This document shows positions 9,903 to 19,314 of a DNA stretch of 64,000 bases, piece by piece (position 1 is the stretch's first letter; each line of letters opens with the position of its first letter). The notes under the pieces were generated by a model. It had not been told where the DNA came from, did no database searches, and saw only the letters and a program-made list of their open reading frames with translations. A program made the translations under genes and the position numbers. Location: positions 42,677 through 106,676 of the forward strand of contig CAZBOU010000003.1 in the NCBI GenBank assembly GCA_964493625.1. The letters are read 5' to 3'. The stretch is from an uncultured Caldisericota bacterium. GTDB lineage: Bacteria; Caldisericota; Caldisericia; UBA6126.

Positions 9903-10544
9903 TTAAAGAGTAGAAACTACGGTTAGCAAGTTGCGGAGTACTAGAAATACCGATAATGGTAGCAAAATCAAATAAAAAATTATAAAACCACAAGGAACCT
10001 TGATAGTTTCTTGTTTTAGAGCTATCTTTAAATGGTCCATTACAGTATGAAATGTTTGTAGGTCTTTCTTGTCGGCAAGATACAACTCGGCATTACCACA
10101 GCACTTCTTTATTACAATTCTGTTGTCTATATTCACCAGAATAATTTCTCTATCACCATATTCCTTATACTCAATGTTCATCTCAGCCAAGATATTGCAC
10201 AAATGGGTAACAACGGTGTCGTTTGCTCCATAAACTACGTACCCTTTTTTATTACGGATAAAAACAAAAAATAGAGAAAGGAAAAGACCAATAAAAATGG
10301 CAGACAAAATTGTAGTCAAAATACTGATCGGATAAAGTTCATGTAGGAAATCGGAGAGTAGATACAAAAACCACACAAACAGGATTCCACACACCACTTT
10401 AAATACATCCGATTGTGCCAACATGAAAGATTTTTTGTAGATAAATAACGAGTAAATCCAATAGAGAAATGCGATAGACAGAAAAAGGACAAGAAGAATA
10501 CTCGAAGCGATATAGATGATAGAAAGAATAGTCGGTACATTCAT
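9903..10544 (-). CDS. Hypothetical membrane protein
   Basis: The protein is 213 aa. The N-terminal half is strongly hydrophobic and the C-terminal half is soluble. No recognised domain was found. Confidence 0.4.
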   Translation of the reverse strand: MNVPTILSIIYIASSILLVLFLSIAFLYWIYSLFIYKKSFMLAQSDVFKVVCGILFVWFLYLLSDFLHELYPISILTTILSAIFIGLFLSLFFVFIRNKKGYVVYGANDTVVTHLCNILAEMNIEYKEYGDREIILVNIDNRIVIKKCCGNAELYLADKKDLQTFHTVMDHLKIALKQETIKVPCGFIIFYLILLPLSVFLVLRNLLTVVSTL

Positions 10545-10636
10545 ATAGTTAACCTCATTCTATAAGGATATCTCACATTAAAAATTCGTTTTTCTGACAA
10601 TAGAATGGAATAATTCTCCACAAACATAAAATGAGT

Positions 10637-13087
10637 TTATTGCCGTTTTTCGTCATCTTGCACCTTGTGTTCAAAAGAATGTTCAATTCTGGCAAACTTT
10701 TCATATTTGAATACTTCGTCGTAGTTTCCATCTTTCCGGACTCTTCGGATGTCATGCTCATCAATATAGTACACCCATTCATCAATAATCGATAGGCCCA
10801 GTGGAAAGTTGTTTGATAGTTGCACCAAATCGGTACCATCTATCCGTACTTTATATAGCTGTGCCTGGTCATCAAGGTTCGAAAAATACAACCAATCGTG
10901 ATCGAACTGCAAGAATAGGGTATCAAGTGGAATTATCTCTCTTTGATGCGTTCCATCGGTTTTTACTGTAGCTAAAGAGTCCTGTACTGAGTAGAAGATC
11001 CAATCGTCTACGACAACCATATATTTTGCTTGCGCAGGGAATATCATCGTATTCTCTGTGCCATCCATACGAATTTTGCAGATTCCATCGGCAGAATGTA
11101 TATAGTAAATCCAATCGCCAATAATATTGATGTTCCTTATGTAATTCTGAAGGTAGGTTTTTTCTGTTCCATCTGTTTTCATTTTGTATAGGACATTTTC
11201 GCTTATGTAGTATACCCAATCCTTTTGTACAATGATTTCTGTGGAGCGATTCTCATGAATTTTTTGATTCTCACTACCGTCTATTTTAATCTTAAACAAT
11301 CCATACCTATCAGAAGCAGGGCGAAGAGAATAATAAATCCAGTCACCTGCAAGATAGAAGGGAGAGAAATACGATTCGTTCAGTATTTCAACAGAGGTAG
11401 TTCCTTGGTGTTGAATTTTGTACAAACCGTTCTTTTCTACAAAATAGATCCATTTGTCATCTTGCAATAGCTGTGGACTTTGACTGTAAGCAGAAATCTT
11501 TTTTGAAGTAGTGATCGGAAGACGCAGATACGCATCAATTGCTTTTTTTGCCTTGTATTTCGACCAATTGAATGACTGCCACGGTATTGCAATGTCTTTG
11601 GAATTCAATTGCACTTTACGAAGTTTATCGTCAAACTGTTGAAAGAACCTTATATCCTTCACCCAAGGTTCCTTTTTTACAAACTCTATGTATTCAGCAA
11701 TGGCATCAAACGATAAAGTAGTAAAATAATCAGAATCAAATTCTCCTGTTGTGATATATCGCTGAAAGTTCTTTTCAGCAATTGTAGCATCAATTCCCAT
11801 GAAATTGACGAACAAGATGGCTATCAGGGATAGAACAAAAAAAGTTTTCATCAATGAAAACGTAGAAATCCATACTCTACACAACATCATTACAAAGTGC
11901 ATAAATAGATAGACAATGAAAACCTGCGTAAGAATTCGCAAATAGGTATATCCGTAAGCAGCCTCGTATAGTGTGATTCGTAAATAGGAAGAAACTAACA
12001 ATACCAACGTGAAAACAACCAATAAGGTGTTGAATCCTTTTATAATAAAATGAATCCCGTGTTTCTCATCGCCCTTCCGAGATGTGCTGATAAGCAAAAG
12101 AACATAGTTAATGATGCTCACAAAAATAAGTTGGGCAAAGCCTTCTCTGGCGTATTGCGAATAGGTAATACCTTCCGGCAAGGAATAGGAAAAAGAGCCA
12201 AATAAGTATGCAAATTGAATCCAGCTAAACAGAAAATAAACCAAACACAATGACAAGAGAATGGGAAGTAAGATGGCTGAATCAACTTTTGGAGAAAACG
12301 ATGCTACAGGAAAATAACTACTACGTTTAGACTGCTTCTTGCTCCAAACACTCCAAAGTACACTGAATACCATAATGGTAACAAGAAAAACAAGAATCAT
12401 TTGCCATACAATATCTACAAGAGGTATGTTTTGAAAGTGCTCTAAAAAGGAACTCAATTGTTCGCCAAAAACTACATCAGCAGAGCTTAAAAGCCATACT
12501 ACGATGAGTAGAAGGGGAATGGAAATGAAAATCCCGATACACACATTTTTGATTGTATTGCGTGTTTCTTTTGACGATTTATTTTGAAAATCGGACCATT
12601 GGATTTTAAAGGGGTAAAAGATGTACTCAAAAGGAAGTTGGAAAACATTTTTGATTGCTTCAGCTACAAATTCAAACTGTGACCATTTGTAGACATGCTG
12701 TCTAGAAATGAGAAGAATGCTGACGACAAAAAGAAAGGGGATGAGAAGGAAATTAATGTATAGAAGCAACACATTGGAATGATATCCAAAGGAAAGCGAT
12801 AAGAGCAAAACGGAGATCATTACGATCCATCCAAAGTTCCATTGGAAAGAAATCTTTTTTCGAAGAACCCAAAAAAAGAACCCATACATAAAGAGAAGAA
12901 ATAGAAAGTAGGATATACCCAAGGATTTTTTATAGAAAAGGAATACAAAAAAAATCCCCAAGAAGAGAGAATAGATAAGTATCCATCGAGCCTTTGAAGT
13001 AGTTGCTTTTACGTCAGCAGTTGTGTTGCTGCTTATTTCTTTACTGTTTGTACATTCAACTACATCATTTTCACACTGTTCATCCAT
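10637..13087 (-). CDS. Polytopic membrane protein with a C-terminal DUF5050-type beta-propeller repeat domain
   Basis: The protein has about 12 hydrophobic helices in its first roughly 520 aa. These are followed by at least six repeats of the pattern DW(I/V)YY...LYK(I/M)K(T)DG(T/S)E (for example DWVYYISENVLYKMKTDGTEKTYL and GDWIYYIHSADGICKIRMDGTENTMI), characteristic of DUF5050. The chosen start at 13087 (MDEQ...) sits 7 nt after a GAAGGAG RBS. The upstream in-frame ATG at 13102 would include that RBS inside the coding sequence. Confidence 0.65.
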   Translation of the reverse strand: MDEQCENDVVECTNSKEISSNTTADVKATTSKARWILIYSLFLGIFFVFLFYKKSLGISYFLFLLFMYGFFFWVLRKKISFQWNFGWIVMISVLLLSLSFGYHSNVLLLYINFLLIPFLFVVSILLISRQHVYKWSQFEFVAEAIKNVFQLPFEYIFYPFKIQWSDFQNKSSKETRNTIKNVCIGIFISIPLLLIVVWLLSSADVVFGEQLSSFLEHFQNIPLVDIVWQMILVFLVTIMVFSVLWSVWSKKQSKRSSYFPVASFSPKVDSAILLPILLSLCLVYFLFSWIQFAYLFGSFSYSLPEGITYSQYAREGFAQLIFVSIINYVLLLISTSRKGDEKHGIHFIIKGFNTLLVVFTLVLLVSSYLRITLYEAAYGYTYLRILTQVFIVYLFMHFVMMLCRVWISTFSLMKTFFVLSLIAILFVNFMGIDATIAEKNFQRYITTGEFDSDYFTTLSFDAIAEYIEFVKKEPWVKDIRFFQQFDDKLRKVQLNSKDIAIPWQSFNWSKYKAKKAIDAYLRLPITTSKKISAYSQSPQLLQDDKWIYFVEKNGLYKIQHQGTTSVEILNESYFSPFYLAGDWIYYSLRPASDRYGLFKIKIDGSENQKIHENRSTEIIVQKDWVYYISENVLYKMKTDGTEKTYLQNYIRNINIIGDWIYYIHSADGICKIRMDGTENTMIFPAQAKYMVVVDDWIFYSVQDSLATVKTDGTHQREIIPLDTLFLQFDHDWLYFSNLDDQAQLYKVRIDGTDLVQLSNNFPLGLSIIDEWVYYIDEHDIRRVRKDGNYDEVFKYEKFARIEHSFEHKVQDDEKRQ

Positions 13088-13536
13088 AATATGCTCCTTC
13101 ACAGGTTTCTAACGGATAATTCCGGGGATTTACTTCTCTAGAATTCCCGTTCATGAACCTCTAATTGAATATTTCACTACTATTATATGCAAATTTACTA
13201 AATTTTTTCAAAGTATCGCATCAAAAAATATTGTTTACCCAAGAATAGTAATCATAATATTGTTTTCTAACGCAGTATTAATATAATTTTATATTATGCA
13301 AATTGTGAAATAATCCGTAGACAAAACCTATTCAAGAACCGTTGTGGCGAAAACCATGTATGAGACAGAGTACGAAAACAGAAAAGTTGTTGGGAGCTGT
13401 ACATGTCCATTCAAGAAGGATGAATCAGTGAGTACATCTTGATTTGTATCTATTCTTTATGAAGTCAAATGCCGCGTGAATGCTGTGTTCATTACTGGTT
13501 AGATAGATTGTCTTTATATTGTAAACCACATACTCC

Positions 13537-15537
13537 TTAAGCACTCGTCTTATCAGAGTTTAGCAGATAATCCTGCATCCATGATTCAAGAATGAATACC
13601 ATAGCCAATGTATCCAATTCACAATACTTCAGGAGTGCTTTACGAATTTCATTTCGTTCGTACTCGGTCATTTCAGAAAACTGCATTCTAGCATACGCAG
13701 TGAGGGCAGCTCCGCCATCTTGAAGGCGATCATCGCTACTTAGAAGCCAGGGCTTGTCCTCGGGGATATCTTCAAACAAATCAGGAAGTAAATCGTAGGG
13801 ATTGATTAGATGATTGTCATCAAACTGACACCATGTCCAGTTTTCAAAGTTATGACTGAAGATTCCATCTTGGGTACCATAGATGGGTTTGGAATACTTT
13901 TCCTGCAAATATTGACTCCTGCTAAGAATGGCTGGCAATACCTTTTTTATACTATTGGAACCTTCTGTAAGTGGGTCATAAAAGTATCGTTTAACAAGCT
14001 CACAAAGGTCAACCATATTACGTTTTCCGATCCATTTTTCTGATGATTTTCTTGAGGATTTGGTGATCGATTGAATAAAATGACAAAGCTCTTTGCGATC
14101 AGGGACAGGGCTTGGGTCACTGTTGAGTTGAGAATAAATAATGGTAAGAAATGTATTTTCATGAGATGAATAACGAAAAATTGTTCCTTCATCGGTCTCT
14201 AGTTGCTTTTTCAATTGTCTTATAAACTCAATATTTGGAAAAAAACCGGTTTTTGTATTAATGAACTCACCTGTATGAGATACCGTACCATCAGATTGAA
14301 TTGTATGATGAGAAAATTGGAAGGCAATGCCTTCGTAGGGATGTCGGTTTTTGTGAAAAGGAAGTGCAACCATTGTCGTTTCAAAATCAATCAGATGCAA
14401 AGGGTAAGTCCATGAGTGGACTTCTTTTAAAAGGTTGTCCCGGTCGATCCATACAGTAGGGTCGTTTTCTTTCTCCTTCTGCACTTGCATCCATTGTCGT
14501 TGACTAACCGACAGCCCGAGTTTATGATCTGTTTTTGGTTGAATATCTTCTTGTGTTAGGTCTTGTATATAGTATTTTCCTTGCTGAATGCACCGATCCT
14601 TATTTCGATAATTCCAAAGAGAAAATACTGTCTTTTTTGAGGAGTTGTAGGAAGGATCTTTTGTAATCTCCTTCCAACACTCCTCTTTTCCACAACGAAG
14701 ATTCCGAGACGTCGCACCTGATTTTGGAAGAATAAATTCACAATTCCCACATGCTTTTGTTGGAACCGGAGGAATTTTGGTTTGGGAAGAATAAGCTTCA
14801 GAAAATAATTGTACTTTTTCGGCGAAGGATAATGATTCATACAGACTGTTAGGGACAGGGCTTTTGGAGGTATAGATTTGATGGCATATGGGATCAATAT
14901 TGATGGCTTTCAATAGAGGAGGTTCAAGGTCATCTGGCTGAATATTACAGGTGATGACTAATTTTCTTCCATTTGTATCGCGTTTGATAGTAAACTTTTG
15001 ATTGAGACCATCGGTAGGACATTTTGCATGTTTGTCTACCAATACAAGATGGGCAGAAATCGTATAGGTGGGACAAGCTTTTTGAAGAACATATTTCTGA
15101 AAAGCGACATCGTATAAATAAGGTTGCCATACTGCTTTTGGAAACCCTTTTTTGGTCTCAAAACTGGTGTTCTCACTGTCATAGGACTTAGCTTTAACCT
15201 CGTACAGATCGAGATGTGTGCCTCTCTTGACAAGAATATCGATCCGTATGAAAAGATTCTGATGGAAAAAAGCACTTTCATACAGGGTAATTGATTTTTT
15301 TTCCATACATTTTTTTGTATCCAAAACAGCCCGTTCGGTGTTTAGTGTTTCAATTTCAACGCCACTGGGGTAATAGTATTTTGCTAATTCGTGAACCTGG
15401 TAACCACCTTCTGCAAGAGCTTCTAAAAAAGAATCTTCCTGATGAACATTCGAGTAATCAGGTTGACCGAGGTAAAACAACTTAGTGGGGCATTGACATG
15501 CTAATTGAAAACGTGATTTAGTTAGAGTTCGGGGCAT
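13537..15537 (-). CDS. DUF2779-domain protein with a PD-(D/E)xK nuclease-like core
   Basis: The N-terminus LTKSRFQLACQCPTKLFYL resembles the conserved start of DUF2779 proteins. IDILVK...HLDLYEVKAK supplies the D...(D/E)xK motif. There is a Cys cluster CGNCEF...CGKEEC. The start is taken at MPRTL, just downstream of the stop of the CGGC-domain gene. Confidence 0.55.
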   Translation of the reverse strand: MPRTLTKSRFQLACQCPTKLFYLGQPDYSNVHQEDSFLEALAEGGYQVHELAKYYYPSGVEIETLNTERAVLDTKKCMEKKSITLYESAFFHQNLFIRIDILVKRGTHLDLYEVKAKSYDSENTSFETKKGFPKAVWQPYLYDVAFQKYVLQKACPTYTISAHLVLVDKHAKCPTDGLNQKFTIKRDTNGRKLVITCNIQPDDLEPPLLKAINIDPICHQIYTSKSPVPNSLYESLSFAEKVQLFSEAYSSQTKIPPVPTKACGNCEFILPKSGATSRNLRCGKEECWKEITKDPSYNSSKKTVFSLWNYRNKDRCIQQGKYYIQDLTQEDIQPKTDHKLGLSVSQRQWMQVQKEKENDPTVWIDRDNLLKEVHSWTYPLHLIDFETTMVALPFHKNRHPYEGIAFQFSHHTIQSDGTVSHTGEFINTKTGFFPNIEFIRQLKKQLETDEGTIFRYSSHENTFLTIIYSQLNSDPSPVPDRKELCHFIQSITKSSRKSSEKWIGKRNMVDLCELVKRYFYDPLTEGSNSIKKVLPAILSRSQYLQEKYSKPIYGTQDGIFSHNFENWTWCQFDDNHLINPYDLLPDLFEDIPEDKPWLLSSDDRLQDGGAALTAYARMQFSEMTEYERNEIRKALLKYCELDTLAMVFILESWMQDYLLNSDKTSA

Positions 15538-15539
15538 TT

Positions 15540-15983
15540 TTAATTGTAGGCAATGCGTGTGCATTCATCAGCAAGTGTATCCTGTAAGATGTCGTCCCAT
15601 TTGGGATCAGACCATGTTCGTAGTTTGTGATGAAGGTCATAATATTTTTGAGGTATAGGGTGAGTCCCATATACAACTTCAATGGAATACCGCTTCGTAA
15701 GGAAATCTTTGAAATATTCAAGAGAAGGACATGGAGGATATCCAACCAAAAACCCCGTAGCAAAATGAATAACGGTAGCACCATTTTGAATCATTTCCGC
15801 TGCTGCATATTCTATGTTGCCACCAGGGCAACCGTCACAGGTAGTATAGCCCACAATTTCAGCATCTTGGTGCAAATACCGCGAAAAGGCTCCCTGCCGT
15901 TTTTGGAAAGAAGAAAAACACTTCCCGCCAGCACAACGTTTATAACGATCGCAAATGATAATCCCTATTTTGTGAATGGACAT
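15540..15983 (-). CDS. CGGC-domain protein
   Basis: The sequence contains CAGGKC and CDGCPGG, the signature of the Pfam CGGC domain. The start chosen (MSIHKIG) has AGGAG 5 nt upstream. Confidence 0.7.
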   Translation of the reverse strand: MSIHKIGIIICDRYKRCAGGKCFSSFQKRQGAFSRYLHQDAEIVGYTTCDGCPGGNIEYAAAEMIQNGATVIHFATGFLVGYPPCPSLEYFKDFLTKRYSIEVVYGTHPIPQKYYDLHHKLRTWSDPKWDDILQDTLADECTRIAYN

Positions 15984-16060
15984 TTTATCTCCTACCACTC
16001 GTTCTACGAGTAACGTTTATTCTATAGTTATGGTTGTTTGTCTTACATTGTCAAATCAAC

Positions 16061-17377
16061 TCATCCTATACCATCATTTTGTTTCCATTTTGTAACAGCT
16101 TCTTCCCATGATATCAGGGTATTATTAATGTCGAGTTGGGTGTGAGCAGCAGACATAAAGCTAACTTCATAGGGAGAAGGAGCAATCATGATACCGCGCT
16201 TGACTAGTGTTGTAAATAAAGAGGAAAAAATGGATGCATTTGTTTTCAGCACATCATTGTAGTCGTTGATAGCAGGCTCATTTGTTATAAAAAGGCTGAA
16301 TACGGAACCGTAGGTATGCAAAATATGTGGAATGCAATGATTTTCAAAAATGGTATCCAGACCACAAGTCAACTTCTTTGTTTGATCTTCAATATCCTCG
16401 TATAAAGTTGGTTGGTTTTTCAATTCCATGAGTGTGGCTTTTCCAGCAGCAACAGCAATGGGATTACCCGACAAGGTTCCTGCTTGATAAACTGACCCTT
16501 GCGGTGAAACAAGGTTCATGATTTCATCTCTTCCTCCATATGCACCTATTGGAAGACCCCCTCCAATAATCTTACCTAATGTTGTAAGGTCGGGCTGAAT
16601 ATTTAGTATTGATTGCAATCCACCATAGCAAAATCGAAAACCGCTAATCACTTCGTCAAAAATAAGAAGAGATCCATATTCCGTTGTAATTTCTCTAAGC
16701 AGCTCTAAGAATCCATTTTTTGGAAATAGTAGTCCCATATTTGCAGGGTATGGTTCAACAATAATAGCAGCAATTTGGTTTCCATAGTCCTGAAAAAGAG
16801 CTTTTACTTGATCAACATTATTAAATGAAGCATTTAACGTGCATTGCGCAGTACTAACAGGAACACCAGGGCTTGAGGGAATACGTTCTGTTAGTAAGCC
16901 AGAACCAGCTTTCATTAAAAAAGGATCTGCATGACCATGATAGCATCCTTCGAATTTCAATATTAAGTCGCGTTTTGTATAGGCACGAGCAAGTCGGATT
17001 GCGCTCATAGTTGCCTCTGTACCAGAATTAACCAAGCGAATCTTATCCATTGCAGGGAATGCCTTTACGATTTCCTCACAAAACTCAATTTCTTCAAGAG
17101 ATGTACAACCATATGTTGTTCCTTTTGTAGCAGCATTTTGAATAGCTTGTACCACTGCAGGATAGGAGTGTCCTAACAATAGAGGCCCATAGGATGCAAT
17201 GTAATCGATGTATTCATTACCATCCAGGTCGTAAACTTTGGAGCCCATTGCTCGATCGATAATTACAGGGTCCATGTCTGTGTGTTTCCAGGCACGAACC
17301 GGGCTATTTACACCACCAGGTAAAATCTGTAAGGCTCTTTGAAAAGCAGTTTTTGATTCATCATTATTCCAATTCAC
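16061..17377 (-). CDS. hemL: Glutamate-1-semialdehyde 2,1-aminomutase
   Basis: The protein is 438 aa and belongs to the class-III aminotransferase family. The N-terminus AFQRALQILPGGVNSPVRAW is typical of HemL. It is the last gene of the heme operon. Confidence 0.9.
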   Translation of the reverse strand: MNWNNDESKTAFQRALQILPGGVNSPVRAWKHTDMDPVIIDRAMGSKVYDLDGNEYIDYIASYGPLLLGHSYPAVVQAIQNAATKGTTYGCTSLEEIEFCEEIVKAFPAMDKIRLVNSGTEATMSAIRLARAYTKRDLILKFEGCYHGHADPFLMKAGSGLLTERIPSSPGVPVSTAQCTLNASFNNVDQVKALFQDYGNQIAAIIVEPYPANMGLLFPKNGFLELLREITTEYGSLLIFDEVISGFRFCYGGLQSILNIQPDLTTLGKIIGGGLPIGAYGGRDEIMNLVSPQGSVYQAGTLSGNPIAVAAGKATLMELKNQPTLYEDIEDQTKKLTCGLDTIFENHCIPHILHTYGSVFSLFITNEPAINDYNDVLKTNASIFSSLFTTLVKRGIMIAPSPYEVSFMSAAHTQLDINNTLISWEEAVTKWKQNDGIG

Positions 17378-17400
17378 GGCAACCTCTCATTTCTTTTTAT

Positions 17401-17883
17401 CTACAGTGTATATTTCATACTTGTCTTTTTCCACTCTTTGACGCTATTTAGTACAAGATAGTCTTTGCAATGGAAAAGAATTGACAACTCGTGAACACTC
17501 TTTTTTAAATCTTCTTCTGTATGTGCATGAATCATAGTAAATAGTGGATAAGGAAAGGTTTCTGGACAAGAACGGAAATAACAATGACTGACAACTGGGT
17601 TAGTTTTTACTACTTCTTCAACCAATGAGGAAGAAGAAGGTGAAATAGCCCATACAACAAGCGCATTGCAAGTATAGCCAACAGCGTGATGATACAGGAT
17701 TGCACCCATTCTTTTAATGTAGCCTTTGGCTATGAGATGTTGGATGTGCTGAACAATAGAGTCTTCAGAAATGTTCAATTGACGGGATAATTCTTCATAT
17801 GGTCGTTCTGAAATAGGGATTTCATGTTGCAAGAATTCAAGTATGGTACGATCTATGAAACATAGCGAATTCTTACAAGACAT
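17401..17883 (-). CDS. ahbB: Siroheme decarboxylase subunit (AhbA/AhbB, NirD/L/G/H family)
   Basis: The protein is 160 aa with an AsnC/Lrp-like HTH and the NirDL fold. It is paired with a 158-aa paralogue immediately upstream. Which of the pair is ahbA and which is ahbB cannot be decided from the sequence. Confidence 0.7.
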   Translation of the reverse strand: MSCKNSLCFIDRTILEFLQHEIPISERPYEELSRQLNISEDSIVQHIQHLIAKGYIKRMGAILYHHAVGYTCNALVVWAISPSSSSLVEEVVKTNPVVSHCYFRSCPETFPYPLFTMIHAHTEEDLKKSVHELSILFHCKDYLVLNSVKEWKKTSMKYTL

Positions 17884-18349
17884 TGAATTGCACCTTGGAT
17901 TTGATTTTCTTAGTTGTTGGAAATGAGATCACGTTGTATCCGATGTTTGAAGAAATTGTTTGGAGTTCTTGATCAAAAAGTTCTTCCTTTTCAATGAATG
18001 TAAACCAAAGTGAAAACTCGTGGTCTCTTTGATAATTGTGTGTGATAGACGAAGATTGATTGAGTATTGCAGCAACTCTAGGTATATCCTCCATAGGGAC
18101 TTTCGCAGCACAAAGCGTGGAACGATACCCCAGCTGGTCGGATTGAAGTATGCCACCAATGCGACGAATGATATGATTGTCGCATAAATGTTGAATTCGG
18201 ATCAAGCATTCCTGCGTTGGTATTTGAAGTTGTTTTGCAATATCTGCATAGGGAGAAGCAGTACTAGGAAATGAGGTTTGAAGAATGATGAGGAGTTGTT
18301 TGTCAATGGAGTCCAACTTCATGATTTTTGATTGGGTATATAGTCGCAA
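17873..18349 (-). CDS. ahbA: Siroheme decarboxylase subunit (AhbA/AhbB, NirD/L/G/H family)
   Basis: The protein is 158 aa. Its N-terminus LDSIDKQLLIILQTSFPSTASPYADIAKQL is typical of the NirD/NirL/AhbAB family. It is adjacent to its paralogue and to the radical SAM ahb genes. Confidence 0.7.
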   Translation of the reverse strand: MRLYTQSKIMKLDSIDKQLLIILQTSFPSTASPYADIAKQLQIPTQECLIRIQHLCDNHIIRRIGGILQSDQLGYRSTLCAAKVPMEDIPRVAAILNQSSSITHNYQRDHEFSLWFTFIEKEELFDQELQTISSNIGYNVISFPTTKKIKSKVQFNVL

Positions 18350-19311
18350 TAAGGATCTTCTGCCATATAATCATTAGAAACGTAGTAAGCTCTTGCTCTG
18401 CACCCGCCACATTTTTTTTGGTAGCCACATTGACTGCATTTCCCCGAGTATTCTTCAGTTCGCAAGCGCTGTAGATGAGCATTATCTTTCCATATAACAT
18501 CAAACGGAGTCTCTCTTACGTTGCCCAAAGGAATGTCTAAGTATGCACATGGTTGAACGTCACCAATGGGGCTTATAATGCAGTATCGTAGTCCTGTTAA
18601 GCAACCTCTTGTGAATCTTGTAGGTACATTGTTTTGCTCTGCAATTCGAACAAACTGTGGTGCACAAGTGGGTTTCAATTCGATGGGGCAGTCGATTTGT
18701 CTGCGGATAATAGTCGTCAATATTGTTTCATATTGATGCACAGGGACAATTTGATCTTCAATTTCACTCCCTCGTCCTGTGGGAACTAAAAAAAAGATAT
18801 GGTGAGCCTTTGCACCTATTTTTATTGCAAAATCCGTCATAGCGTCTAGCTCGTGAACATTCCATTTCATAATGGTTGTATGGATTTGAAAAGGGATTTG
18901 TGCCATTTTTAAGTTTTTAAAACCTTCCATGACCATATCAAAAGCATCACTTTTCTTACGGAAATCATTGTATTTGTCGGCAGATAAACTATCTAAACTA
19001 ACGCCAGCAGCGAGAAAACCTGATTGTTTTAATGAGGTTGCAACATCTTTTGTAATCAGACTTCCGTTGGTTCCAAGCACAGGGCGCAAACCGATGGAGG
19101 AGGCATAACTGCCAAGTTCAAAGATATCTTTTCTCATCAAAGGTTCACCGCCGCTAAAAATCATGATTTGAAATCCGGCCTTTTTAATCTCTTCAATCAT
19201 CTTCTTCGCTTCATCGGTTTCTAGTTCGCGTTTCGCTTTTAGACCCGAGTCACGATAGCAGTGACTGCAATACATGTTGCATTGATTGGTACTGTTCCAT
19301 GAAACCAGCAT
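18319..19311 (-). CDS. NirJ-like radical SAM/SPASM enzyme of the alternative heme pathway (AhbC or AhbD)
   Basis: The protein is 330 aa. It has a CNMYCSHC radical SAM motif and a C-terminal CxxC...CGGC SPASM-like cluster. It sits inside the ahb/hem operon. Confidence 0.7.
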   Translation of the reverse strand: MLVSWNSTNQCNMYCSHCYRDSGLKAKRELETDEAKKMIEEIKKAGFQIMIFSGGEPLMRKDIFELGSYASSIGLRPVLGTNGSLITKDVATSLKQSGFLAAGVSLDSLSADKYNDFRKKSDAFDMVMEGFKNLKMAQIPFQIHTTIMKWNVHELDAMTDFAIKIGAKAHHIFFLVPTGRGSEIEDQIVPVHQYETILTTIIRRQIDCPIELKPTCAPQFVRIAEQNNVPTRFTRGCLTGLRYCIISPIGDVQPCAYLDIPLGNVRETPFDVIWKDNAHLQRLRTEEYSGKCSQCGYQKKCGGCRARAYYVSNDYMAEDPYCDYIPNQKS

Positions 19312-19314
19312 AGG

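Noticed and set aside
15627-16013. 128-aa plus-strand ORF opposite the CGGC-domain gene
   Set aside because: It overlaps the CGGC gene across its whole length. The CGGC signature on the minus strand is clear and the plus-strand translation is featureless.
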